From Flavobacteriales bacterium (lineage in GTDB: Bacteria; Bacteroidota; Bacteroidia; Palsa-965): 64,000 nt of DNA. Within the stretch, counting starts at the first letter, position 1. Every line of letters starts with the position of its first letter. Positions 46,141 to 56,700 of the stretch are shown here, one piece after another. Location: NCBI GenBank assembly GCA_040377305.1, contig JBEIPA010000001.1:108807-172806 (forward strand). The letters run 5' to 3'. The translations under genes and the position numbers were made by a program. The notes beneath the pieces were generated by a model that worked only from the letters and a program-made list of their open reading frames with translations, searched no databases and was not told where the DNA came from.

Positions 46141-46281
46141 GATGGGAGTCGGGAGATGGGAGACGGGAGTGAAAAGCTGCAGGGCCAACGCGATTGCATT
46201 GGAATCATTGATTTCCAAATTCATGGCGAATAATTAGATGCCGGATATGCGTCTTCCTACTCCCGTCTCCGATCTCCTAAC
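46141..46281. repeat. second inverted pair of the GGAGACGGGAGT 12-mer, in the 5' region of the membrane-protein gene
   Basis: Left arm GATGGGAGTCGGGAGATGGGAGACGGGAGTG. Right arm CTACTCCCGTCTCCGATCTCC. About 85 bp apart. Confidence 0.4.
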
Positions 46282-46749
46282 TCAATACTCGTCTGCTTTC
46301 AACACTTTCTTCACCCGTGAGCCTTCTTCATTGAAGCACTGCACATAATACACGCCGACCGGAAACCCGCGGAAGTCAACCTGGAAAAGCTGATGCGTGT
46401 TTACGAAAAATCCATAGCTGTAGTATTCTTTTCCGAAGCGATCAAACACTTTTACGTAAACCACTCCCGGAACCTTTACCCAGATGTCCATTGTAATTAA
46501 ATCGACTGGGGGATTCGGTGTGTACCAGAAATCTATCGGATCGCAAATGGTGTTGGAGTTCCAGTATGTTAATCCTGCATTGTTCGAAAAGCAATCATTC
46601 TGATAGGTGAATCCATCGCAACCACAAACCGGTTCGTAGCGCGGATCACAATAACCCCCGTATACAACTTGTGTAGAGTCGTAACACCCTTGCGCTTTCG
46701 CAAAATGACATACGACAATCAACAATACCGCAAAAGTCCAACGGATCAT
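46282..46749 (-). CDS. Kazal-type serine-protease-inhibitor domain protein with T9SS C-terminal sorting domain
   Basis: Kazal core CDPRYEPVCGCDGFTYQNDCFSNNAGL...C. The C-terminal Por-tail-like segment is DIWVKVPGVVYVKVFD...GVYYVQC. Signal peptide present. Confidence 0.6.
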   Translation of the reverse strand: MIRWTFAVLLIVVCHFAKAQGCYDSTQVVYGGYCDPRYEPVCGCDGFTYQNDCFSNNAGLTYWNSNTICDPIDFWYTPNPPVDLITMDIWVKVPGVVYVKVFDRFGKEYYSYGFFVNTHQLFQVDFRGFPVGVYYVQCFNEEGSRVKKVLKADEY

Positions 46750-46870
46750 GGTTTAAAGATACGAAGTCATTGAGTCAGGACGAACACTTACTCAATGAAA
46801 GTGCACACAAAAACAAACTGTACAATGTTAAAATGCATCCGATCGTTATTTGTAGTAAACCCACTGCCCT

Positions 46871-47602
46871 ATGAACCGCTACCTGTTTGTGCTGTGCGCA
46901 CTCCTCTCCTGCTCTGCTGCTAAAGAAAGCCCTGCGAGAACTTTTCAGAAGAAACTCGATAAAATGTCGGTTACCGAAGTGAATGAAACCTACACTTCTA
47001 TCTGTGACCGGCTCGAAGTGAGCAGAAAATCAATGGCCGCCGAATTAAAAAAAGCGACGACTAAAGATGCCAGAACAAAAATCTACGAGCGTGCGCGACA
47101 ATTGCTTATCACGACTTTATCGGATAGTATGTTCGTGTGTTGGTATGGAACGGAGTGGGACTTTAACGGAATAACAACTCAACCACGAACAGGAGAAATT
47201 GCCTGTGGATATTTCGTAACGACATTAGTCGAAGATGCGGGATTCAAAATCGGTCGTGTGGAACTTGCACAATGCGCCTCGCAATCCATGATTAACACAC
47301 TATGTCCTGCAGCCGACAGAAAAGTGATCACCGGAGGAAAAGTCGATAAAGTGAAAGAACACCTGCTCGCCAAAGATGACGGCATCTTCATTATCGGTCT
47401 TGATTCACATACAGGTTTTGTTGTGAAGAAAGGCACGGAACTGCGCGTAGTGCATTCCAATTACACCATGGCATCGGATGGAGTGATGAGTGAACCATTC
47501 GACAACTCCTCTGTTATTCAGAATAACGGCTATTTCGTTATCGGGGATTTTATGAACAGCGATAGCACCATGATCAAATGGCTGAATGGAACGGACTACT
47601 AA
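46871..47602 (+). CDS. hypothetical lipoprotein with Cys...His dyad (possible papain/NlpC-like fold)
   Basis: Lipobox LLSCSAA. EIACGYFVTT ... GLDSHTGFVV ... HSNY has the Cys-then-His order of permuted-papain hydrolases. Confidence 0.35.
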   Translation: MNRYLFVLCALLSCSAAKESPARTFQKKLDKMSVTEVNETYTSICDRLEVSRKSMAAELKKATTKDARTKIYERARQLLITTLSDSMFVCWYGTEWDFNGITTQPRTGEIACGYFVTTLVEDAGFKIGRVELAQCASQSMINTLCPAADRKVITGGKVDKVKEHLLAKDDGIFIIGLDSHTGFVVKKGTELRVVHSNYTMASDGVMSEPFDNSSVIQNNGYFVIGDFMNSDSTMIKWLNGTDY

Positions 47603-47712
47603 ACGAATTGAATACGTAAGCCAGTGCAGTGATTAACTTTTCACGTGCAACCGGCTAGCGTAATAATAAATCCGTTGCGAATTCGGTGCGAAGAATTCTG
47701 TAATTTTAGCAG

Positions 47713-48417
47713 ATGAGAAAAGTTGTTGCTCTTGCATTCTGTCTGATTGTTTTGTGGAGCTGTCGCAAAGAAGACACGACAAACGAGCGCTATCCCGTGA
47801 CGCAACATTACTATCTCTATTACAATTCTTTCACGGATAGTACCACATTCAAAGCAACATTTTATCATCGCGACACTAAAACAATGCTGCCTTCCGGATA
47901 TTCAATAACGGTGAATGATTCGGTGATGCCTATGTTACAGAATCCGGCTCAGCCAGTGAATCCTTCCACCGGACCGAATTATTATTACGAACGTCGTGAA
48001 GCCGGATCAAGCGGCGCCATTTTCAAATTCAGACGGCCCGACGGCTCTGTAGTACCGAATACAATTCCGGCAAACTATGTGCAGTCGATTACGTTTGATT
48101 CTATATTCACCGCAATATCAAGATCTGATACTTTATTCATTCTGGTTGTTACAGACACATTGAACACAGATGAATCAATTACAGTTTCAATTTATCAGGA
48201 CGATAACCACTTTACATATGAGACGATTGCGTGGCAGCCCGGTGATTCGGTAATTACGATATTCCCATCACAAATGTCAACCCTGTTTACAGGCCCGGCC
48301 GATATTACCATAAGTCGCAACAGTCCGGTATTGCCGCTTCAACTCTCAGACGGACTTGCCTCCGGAGATATGCGCGCCGTTGTATTTGCAACGCAAGAAG
48401 TCAGCATTGTTCAGTAG
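47713..48417 (+). CDS. hypothetical lipoprotein
   Basis: Lipobox LWSCRKED. No recognisable domain. Confidence 0.45.
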   Translation: MRKVVALAFCLIVLWSCRKEDTTNERYPVTQHYYLYYNSFTDSTTFKATFYHRDTKTMLPSGYSITVNDSVMPMLQNPAQPVNPSTGPNYYYERREAGSSGAIFKFRRPDGSVVPNTIPANYVQSITFDSIFTAISRSDTLFILVVTDTLNTDESITVSIYQDDNHFTYETIAWQPGDSVITIFPSQMSTLFTGPADITISRNSPVLPLQLSDGLASGDMRAVVFATQEVSIVQ

Positions 48418-48422
48418 ATCAA

Positions 48423-49439
48423 TTAAACCCGCACCCCTAACAACAGGATGTCGTCGGTTTGCTGATGACCTTTCATCCAGTCATCCATGCGGCTTTTGAC
48501 AGTACGTAATTGATCAGACGGCGAAGTGCGAGAAATTTCCTCCAGCATCTTTTTCATTCTTTCCTTCTGAAATTTCTTTCCGTCGGGACCACCAAACTGA
48601 TCGGGAATTCCATCGCTACTCATGTAGAACATATCGCCTGCTCCAAGTGCAATACGATGAGTTGGCGGCGGAGACTTTACGTGATCCTGCATGGAACCGA
48701 CAGAACATTTCATTCCCTTTGTTTCCTGTAATGCGCCATTCGAAACGATAAGCAACGATGTCCCGGCACCAGCATAAGTCAACTCACGTGACATGCGATC
48801 GTAAATGCACAGCCCTACTTCCATTCCATCATTCAGCTCATTGTGTGCACGCTGCTGCCCGAGCGAATCTTTCACTTCCGCATTCATTGCATCTATAATC
48901 TGTGAAGGATCGAGGCTCCCTGTTTTCTCCAATGCATTGCGTAAAGCGTTATGTCCGATGAACGTGAGAAACGCTCCGGGAACTCCATGGCCCGTACAGT
49001 CGATTGCCGCAATCACAACTTTTCCTTTGTGCTCCTGCACGAAGTAAAAATCTCCGCCAACTATATCGCGTGGACGCAGGTAGAAAAAACTTTCAGGTAG
49101 AATTTTTTGTAAGTCATCTGCTTCCGGTTCCAGTGCCTTTTGCAATCGGCTTGCATACCGAATGCTATCGAGAATATCCTTATTCTGTTCCTCGATTACT
49201 TTGTTCTTTTCCTGCAATTGCTTAGCAGTTTTGCTCTTCAATCGGAAGCGGCTCCATGCAAATAATCCGGCGACAATTACACCGCCGAAAATTGCGAGGA
49301 AAAAATTCCGGTGTACGGAAGGATAACACACGAACTCATGCTCTTCACCGGAGAACGCGCCGAAAACTCCGCCTTCAGCAAAAAGCGTTACAGGTAAGAC
49401 AGAAAACAGAACCAGGAAATATTTGAATGATCGCAGCAT
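48423..49439 (-). CDS. membrane-anchored PP2C/SpoIIE-family serine phosphatase
   Basis: Two N-terminal TM helices and a coiled coil. The PP2C core is DIVGGDFYFV...AAIDCTGHGVPGAF...SDGIPDQFG...TDDILLLGV. ATG 49439 chosen. Confidence 0.75.
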   Translation of the reverse strand: MLRSFKYFLVLFSVLPVTLFAEGGVFGAFSGEEHEFVCYPSVHRNFFLAIFGGVIVAGLFAWSRFRLKSKTAKQLQEKNKVIEEQNKDILDSIRYASRLQKALEPEADDLQKILPESFFYLRPRDIVGGDFYFVQEHKGKVVIAAIDCTGHGVPGAFLTFIGHNALRNALEKTGSLDPSQIIDAMNAEVKDSLGQQRAHNELNDGMEVGLCIYDRMSRELTYAGAGTSLLIVSNGALQETKGMKCSVGSMQDHVKSPPPTHRIALGAGDMFYMSSDGIPDQFGGPDGKKFQKERMKKMLEEISRTSPSDQLRTVKSRMDDWMKGHQQTDDILLLGVRV

Positions 49440-49473
49440 TTGCACGTATTTTTGAAAGCCTCAAGTTAAGTGT

Positions 49474-50631
49474 ATGCAACGGATTTCAAAAGAACAAGCA
49501 CAATCAATTCTCCTTTCGGCACAAGGTTTCTCCAAACCCAATGCATTCGGAAAAGGCATTGCAGGTGCACACGAAACTGTTCAGCATCTCGGTTATGTTC
49601 AACTTGACACACTTGCAGTAGTAGCCCGTGCACACCACCATACGCTCTGGTCACGAAACAACTTGTACAACGAAGAAAATCTGCATCAACTTCTCCGCGA
49701 AGGAAAAGTATTCGAATACTGGAGCCATGCAGCTTCTTATTTGCCCATGGACGATTTCAGGTTTTCATTGCCGCGAAAAGCACTATACCTCTCCGGACAT
49801 TCACACTGGTTTTCGAAGAATAAGAAACTGATGAAGTATGTGCTGGATCGGATTCGTGCAGAAGGTCCGTTGCAGTCGAAAGATTTTGCAAGCGACCGGA
49901 AGCGTGGAAGTTGGTGGGACTGGAAACCAGCAAAGATTGCACTTGAGCAGTTGTTCATGGAAGGTTCTCTCATGGTCAAATGGCGGAATGGATTCCAGAA
50001 AGTGTACGATCTCACCGAACGCGTTGTTCCTTCCCATGTTGAATGCACCAAACCTTCGAACAATGAATACGCAGAATATCTTGTGCGTTTCAACCTGCGC
50101 GCCCTGGGAGTCGCTACTCTGAAAGATTTCACACATCTGCGTCGCGGAATGCAAAGCACGGTTGCACTAGCTGTGAAGCGCATGATCGCAAGCGGCGAAA
50201 TTACTGAGCTGCAAATCGAAGGCTTAAAAGAATCATGGTTCGCTTTTCCGGCAACACTGAAGGTGAAACAGAAATCACCGAAAGGAACTTTTATCCTGAG
50301 TCCGTTCGACAACCTTGTGATACGACGCGAACGCCTGCAAAAGCTGTTCGGCTGGGAATTCAATCTTGAATGCTATTTGCCCGAACACAAGCGAAAATTC
50401 GGCTACTTCTGTCTACCGGTTTTGCACAACGGAGAATTTGCAGGCATGTTCGATCCGAAAGCAGATCGTGCAACAAACATATTTCACGTAAAGAAGCTGC
50501 ATTTGAATATTAAGCCTTCTGCTGAATTCAGATCGTCCTTCCTGAAATCGCTGGAAGATTTCTCCGCATTCAACAACTGCGACCGGATTGTATTTGACAG
50601 ACGTAGCGACAAGAAGTTGATTACTCCATAA
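49474..50631 (+). CDS. winged-helix DNA-binding protein of the YcaQ/AlkZ (DUF1006) interstrand-crosslink DNA glycosylase family
   Basis: The N-terminus AQSILLSAQGF...VQHLGYVQLDTLAVVARAHHHTLWSRN is typical of the family. Confidence 0.55.
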   Translation: MQRISKEQAQSILLSAQGFSKPNAFGKGIAGAHETVQHLGYVQLDTLAVVARAHHHTLWSRNNLYNEENLHQLLREGKVFEYWSHAASYLPMDDFRFSLPRKALYLSGHSHWFSKNKKLMKYVLDRIRAEGPLQSKDFASDRKRGSWWDWKPAKIALEQLFMEGSLMVKWRNGFQKVYDLTERVVPSHVECTKPSNNEYAEYLVRFNLRALGVATLKDFTHLRRGMQSTVALAVKRMIASGEITELQIEGLKESWFAFPATLKVKQKSPKGTFILSPFDNLVIRRERLQKLFGWEFNLECYLPEHKRKFGYFCLPVLHNGEFAGMFDPKADRATNIFHVKKLHLNIKPSAEFRSSFLKSLEDFSAFNNCDRIVFDRRSDKKLITP

Positions 50632-50636
50632 AACAA

Positions 50637-50667
50637 AACGCCGCGAATTTCTTCACGGCGTTTTTCA
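50637..50667. terminator. rho-independent terminator between convergent genes
   Basis: AACGCCG-cgaatttcttca-CGGCGTT followed by TTTTT. Confidence 0.6.
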
Positions 50668-50722
50668 TTATACGATTATTAGTTATCGCCAGTCGCAGAT
50701 TGAAACCGCGCGGCAGTCCAAA

Positions 50723-53700
50723 CTATTTCTGAAGAATCACTTTCTCGTGCTGCTTCAAATCTCCTGCAGTAATTACGATTGTATATGCACCGTCTGCGAG
50801 TCCTGAAAGATCCAGTTGCGTAACCTGACTTCCGTTCGATCCGCTGTTTTCTTTCTTCGCCATTACAATACGTCCGGTTGCGTCCATCACTTCGTATGTG
50901 ATTCCTTCCGAAGAAGAAGGCGTTACGATCGTGATCAGACTTGTCGTCGGATTCGGGTAAAGCTGAACAGGGAATGACGCATTGTGATCATTCACTCCAT
51001 TCACGATAAGATCTTCGAGGTTCGACTCAGACGTATTGATGTTGCGCGTTGGTGTACAACTCACTTGCCAAACCGTTTGGATACGGTAGCGACATTGCGT
51101 TACGGTAACTGGCGGTGTCCAATCCGTATACACGAAGTTGGTTCCCGGTACAGAGTCAATCACTTCCCAGTTACCCGCGAGTGTTGAATCACGCAGGATG
51201 CGGTAGTAGTCAACAGTCTGCCCTTCATACATCGTCCAGTTGAGGTTTGCTTCTCCACCTACGCCAATACTTGCCTGCATAAACAGTGTGCGGTGGTGGT
51301 TGCTAAGCGGACTTTCATTTCCGCAGCTGTCGATTGCTGAGATCTTGTAACGCTGGAATGTCGTGTTTGGGTTCGCAATCGGAACATAAATGCTGTCAAC
51401 GAACAATGACAGTGAATCGTAATCGACTGTTCCAACAACCTGATATGTGTTTGACGTGATCTCGCGATAGATGCGGAATGAATCAATATCAGTTGCGGTT
51501 GGTTTCTCCCACATGATATTGTTCCAGTTCGAGGGACCATCAACAGTAACCATACAAATGTCAACAGGCGTTACTGCATCCACTGCAAAGTTGAGGAAAG
51601 CTGAATCACCGGATCCGCAACCATTTACACCATATACAACAACAGCACCAGATGAAGCCGATGAAACAAAGTCAACCGTAATGGTATTTGTTCCACTTCC
51701 TGATACAATTGTTGAACCTGCAGGTAAGTTCCAGGTATAAGTAGTCGCGTTCGTGATTGCAGGAACGGTGAATGTTACTCCTGTTGCTGCCGGACATATT
51801 GCAATATTCCCGGGACCGGAAACAGTTCCAGCTCCAACTGGCAATGGATTGACGGTCACTTGCAACGTATCAGCTGCAACTCCAGTTCCGCAGGCATTGT
51901 TTCCGTTCACATATACTGCTCCGCTTTGTGAATTGAGATTAAACGTAACAGTAATTGAATTCGTATTAGCACCTGCTGTTACAATTGCACCCACCGGCAA
52001 GGACCAGATGTAGTCTGTAGCATTTGCTGCAGCAGGGACAGTGAATACAACTGCGGTGTCGCCTTCACATACTGTAGCCGGACCAGAGATTGTCGTCGTT
52101 GTATCAGGCAGTGGATTTACAGTGAGTGTAATTCCAGGCCCCATTGCGCCGTTACCGCAAACGTTCGTACCATAAACCGTAACCGGTCCTGAAGACGCAG
52201 TTGGCGAGAAATCCACAGTGATCGAATTTCCGTTGTCAACTACAATAGTTGCACCAACTGGTAATGTCCAATTGTAGTTCGAAGCGCCTGTGATTGAAGT
52301 AACGCTATACTGCACTCCCGTAGCACCCGCACAAACCGTAGTTGGTCCGGTGATGGCTGTAGAAGAATCAGGGAGTAATCCAACCGTGATTGCAAGGTTA
52401 GCTGAAGTTCCGGTTCCGCATGAATTCACTCCAGAAACCGTAATGTTACCCGAACCTGTTGCGTTTGTAAAATCAGTGGTAATGGAGTTCGTACCCGCAC
52501 CGTTTGTAATCACAACGCCCGGAGGCAATGTCCAGTTGTACGTTGTTGCGTTGAGGATAGACGGAACAGAATAAACCACACCGGTTGTGCCTTCACACAC
52601 GGTTGTGTTTCCGCTGATTGTTCCTGCAACGTCCGGAAGTGGATTCATTGAAATTGTTAATCCTACAGACGAAGATCCTGTTCCGCATGAGTTCGTTCCG
52701 ACAACATCTACCGTTCCACCGGATGCATTTGCAGAGAAATCAACAGTAATGGTTGATGCATTCGGGTTACCAACAATCGTTGCTCCCGGAGGTAATGTCC
52801 AGGTGTACGAAGTTGCATTCGCAATTCCGGATGTGCTGTAAACCACACCTGATTGACCCTGACAAACACTCAATGGTCCACTGATGCTGGATGTTGTACC
52901 TGGAAGCGGAAGCACAGTCACGTTGAACGGAGCTGAAGAAGCACCAACACCACACGTATTTGATCCCTGCACTTGTACAAACCCCGAAGTAGCAACGTTG
53001 CTAAAGTCAACAAGAATATTGTTTGTACCCGAACCGCTGGCAATTGTTGCACCAGAAGGCAACGTCCAATTGTAGCTGGTCGCATTTGCAATTGCAGCCA
53101 CAGAGAACGGAACCAAAGTTTGTCCCTGACACACGGTTGAAGTTCCGGATACAGCACCAGCAGAAGCCGGGTAAGGAGCAATTGTAATGGTGTGAGTCAC
53201 TTGGCTGTTACCTGCAGCGTTATCGGTGATTGCAAGCGTAACTGTAAACGAGCCCGGACCTGTGAACTGAATGTTCGACGGGTTCTGCTGTGTCGATGAA
53301 GATGGATTTGGTGTTGTTGGTCCACTGAACGTCCAAGTCCACGAGGTAATAGTTGTGCTTGGTGCAAACGATTGATCCGTGAACGAGATGTTGTTTATCT
53401 GTGAAGGTGTTGCACAGATTGTTGAAGGTGCCCATGTGAATTGCGCAGTAAGCGGACATGAACCCATGGTGATTATCACGTTATCTGTACTTGGCGCACA
53501 CGTTCCGTTTGTAATTGTCCAACGGAGCGTTACAATATCTCCGGTTGTCAGACCATTCAGTGTTGTGTTCGCTGCGTTGACGTTAGTGATGTTACCATTT
53601 GTGATCGAAGGATCATTGGTTGCAAATACCGACCATTGTCCCGTACCTACAGTAGGCACATTCGCTGCTAGAGTTGCGGTTCCGATACAAATATTCTGAT

Positions 53701-56700
53701 CGGGTCCTGCGTTAGAAGTAGACGGCAATTGGGATACAGTTACTGTAAATGTGGTGGTTGTGATGTTGTTATTCGTTGCACCATCGTTTACTGTTACCGT
53801 AATAACTGCGGTTCCGTATTGACCAACAACTGGCGTATATGTCATCGATCCATTTGCATTCGGACTTGTGTATGAAACGGTAGGGTTAGGAATCAAACCC
53901 GGATTGCTTGAAGCAGCTGTAACAGTAAGCGTTTGCGTTTCACCAGCAGAACCGGTGCCCACACCACCAAAGTTTACAACCTGTACACCCGAGTTCTGGC
54001 ATATTGCTGAAGGGTTTGAAATTGCGCCGATTGTTGGAGGTGTGTTCAGTGTAGCACCGCTTGTAGTTGCTGACGTCAATAGATAATTGTTCGTACATCC
54101 TGAACCATTCGAGTTGTATTCATACACCGCGAAGTAATAATTGGTGTTTGAAGTCAGTCCGGTTATAGTCACGGAATTCCCTGTGCCGTTGTAAACGCAA
54201 TAGGTTGCTCCTCCAAGGTTAGTTCCGCTGCCGAAAACTGTGTTTGCTGCATACCCCATTCCATCGAACGGTGTATTTACAATCGGACTACCCTCACGTG
54301 CAACAACCACACGACTAAATCCATTACCTGCGGTAAAGTTCAGTGTCATGGCGGTTTGCGTCTGTCCGGTAAGGGTCAATGCACTCGCCGGAGTAGTTGG
54401 TTCGGAAGCAAGCGGATCAAGGTCGTTCGTGAGCACATAAGTACTGCCCGCGGTTGAAGAAGCAACAATATCCTGCTTGCCATCCATATTGAAATCTCCG
54501 GAATTCAACTGGAATGATGCACCCGGCAGAGTATAGTCAATACGTGCCGCGAATGTATAATTGCCCGTTGCTTCAAAAACAGAAACAGTAGTTCCGCTAG
54601 AATATCCAACGGCGATATCGTGACGCCCGTCTCCATCAAAGTCGTTACATGTTAAGCCATAACAGTTCGCATTTGCGACCGCCAGCGAACCAGAAAAAGT
54701 GAAACTGATAGCAGCAGTAGAATTGTTCTGGTAAATGCGAACCGAAGTATTGTTACATCCTACTGCAAGATCAGGTTTGCCATCGTTGTTAAAGTCGCCT
54801 GCTGCGATTGACATTACATTAGCACCACCTGTTGTTGTAAATGTTTGTGCTGCTCCGAAAGAAATGTTGCCAACAGTACTGTTGTTCTCCATGGCAACAA
54901 AGCTGTTCGTATTCATGTTGCCATAAACGATATCCGCTTTGCCATCAAGATCCATGTCGCGTGCAATAATGGAATACGGTGTACCTGCTGTTGCAAAATC
55001 CTGACGCGCAGCAAAAGTCAGATTGAAATTTGTACTTGTATTACGGTACACGCTAATGAGGTTCCACGATCCGTCGTAGCCAACGAGAATGTCAAGCTTG
55101 CCGTCACCATCGAAGTCTGCAGCTCTCACCTGTCCTGGTGTAGCCGAGAGAGGAAGATCAACTCTACCGCCCGTAAATGAGAAACCTGATCCGCGATAAA
55201 CCGAGATTGTATTATTCGAAAGCTGACTCACAATCTGGTCATTCTTTCCGTCTCCGTCCATGTCAGCAACTTCAACATAATACGAATTGTTCGGAACGTA
55301 ATTCGTGTAGTTCACGAAAGTTGGAGGATTGATTCCATTCGCTGACTGCCCGATGAAGCCATTGACGTAACTTGATCCATACCCAGCGATGTACATATCC
55401 GTTTTACCGTCGCCGCTTCCATCTTTTAACGCAATTCCATATGTGTTTCCGTATGACGAAATTGTACTTGTGGTAAACGAACTGACGTTAATCGGGTTCG
55501 AACAAGACGACGTGATGTTGAACTCACGCGTATATGTTGCGGTTAGTCCATTCACTTGTACTGACACCGGATTATTATTTGCACCATAAGGTGCTATAAC
55601 CTGAAGCTGAGTTGCGGTTGCAGAAGAAACAGCTGCTCGTGTTGCGCCGAAGTAAACGAAATTATCGTTTGCATTTGTACTGAAGTTTGTTCCCGTTATT
55701 GTAACCAAAGTACCAGCGGAACCGGATGTAGGCGACATGAGCGTTATAGTAGGAACAGACTGCGCACCGGTTTGTGTTTCCACTACATACATTCTAGGTG
55801 TATCGTAGTTGTAGTTGTTGCCGGATCCGTAATCGTACTCCGTAATAGTAAAGGTATAGTAGCTGTTAGGCGACAATCCGTTAACCGATGCAGTATTGTT
55901 AAAGCCGTTATAAATCGTGTACGTATTGTTTCCAATCCGTGTTCCGCTTCCAAATATGGAACTTGCGTTGTACGAATAAAAATCACTTGGTTGTGACACT
56001 GGAGAACTTGACCAAACCCAACCGCTGCTACCCGTATAGGAAGATGCGACCGCAGTCGTCATGTTCATCATAGTGCCCGTAAGATTGGCCAGAGTCTGCG
56101 ACGTATTAGCAACAGAACTACCACCACTCATACCTTCATCCATTCTCCAGTAACCAATAAGATTACTCTCATATCCATACAACGAAATCCAGCGATCATA
56201 ATCAATATTGCCGCCTGACCGTGCAGTATTCCACACGCGTACCTCGTCGATCAAACCACTCCAGTAAGTACTTGCTGTTGGTGTACTTGCGGTGCCAACA
56301 TCCGCACCAATCATAAAGGAGTTGTTGTATGCGTAAGTAATAGATGCGTTTAATCCTGCGTCATTAATACCATATTGGGCCCCATCGATGAACGAACGTA
56401 AGTATCGACCATCGTATGTCATTGAGAAATGGTGCCATCCCGGGGTCAGGTTTGTTACGCTGGTATATAATTGTCCCCATCCGCCATTTCGGTAAGCTGA
56501 GAAATACATATTACTTCCGATCTGCGCCATGTAATATCCACCGTTCTCTCCGTTACCAGCGAGGTATTGTGATGTTACTGATGTATTCCAGTTCGTACGA
56601 TATGCCCAGGCTTCAAGAGTTACATTACTCGGCTGAAGTGTTGTACTCCACGGTACGTTTATGTAATCGTTCGATCCGTCGAACATTAATGCTGTTGGTC

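Noticed and set aside
50984-55996. Numerous 60-120-aa ORFs on the plus strand inside the giant adhesin gene.
   Set aside because: They sit antisense to a continuous 2420-aa ORF with a clear domain structure. They are products of Thr/Gly/Ser-rich repeats, which have open antisense frames.
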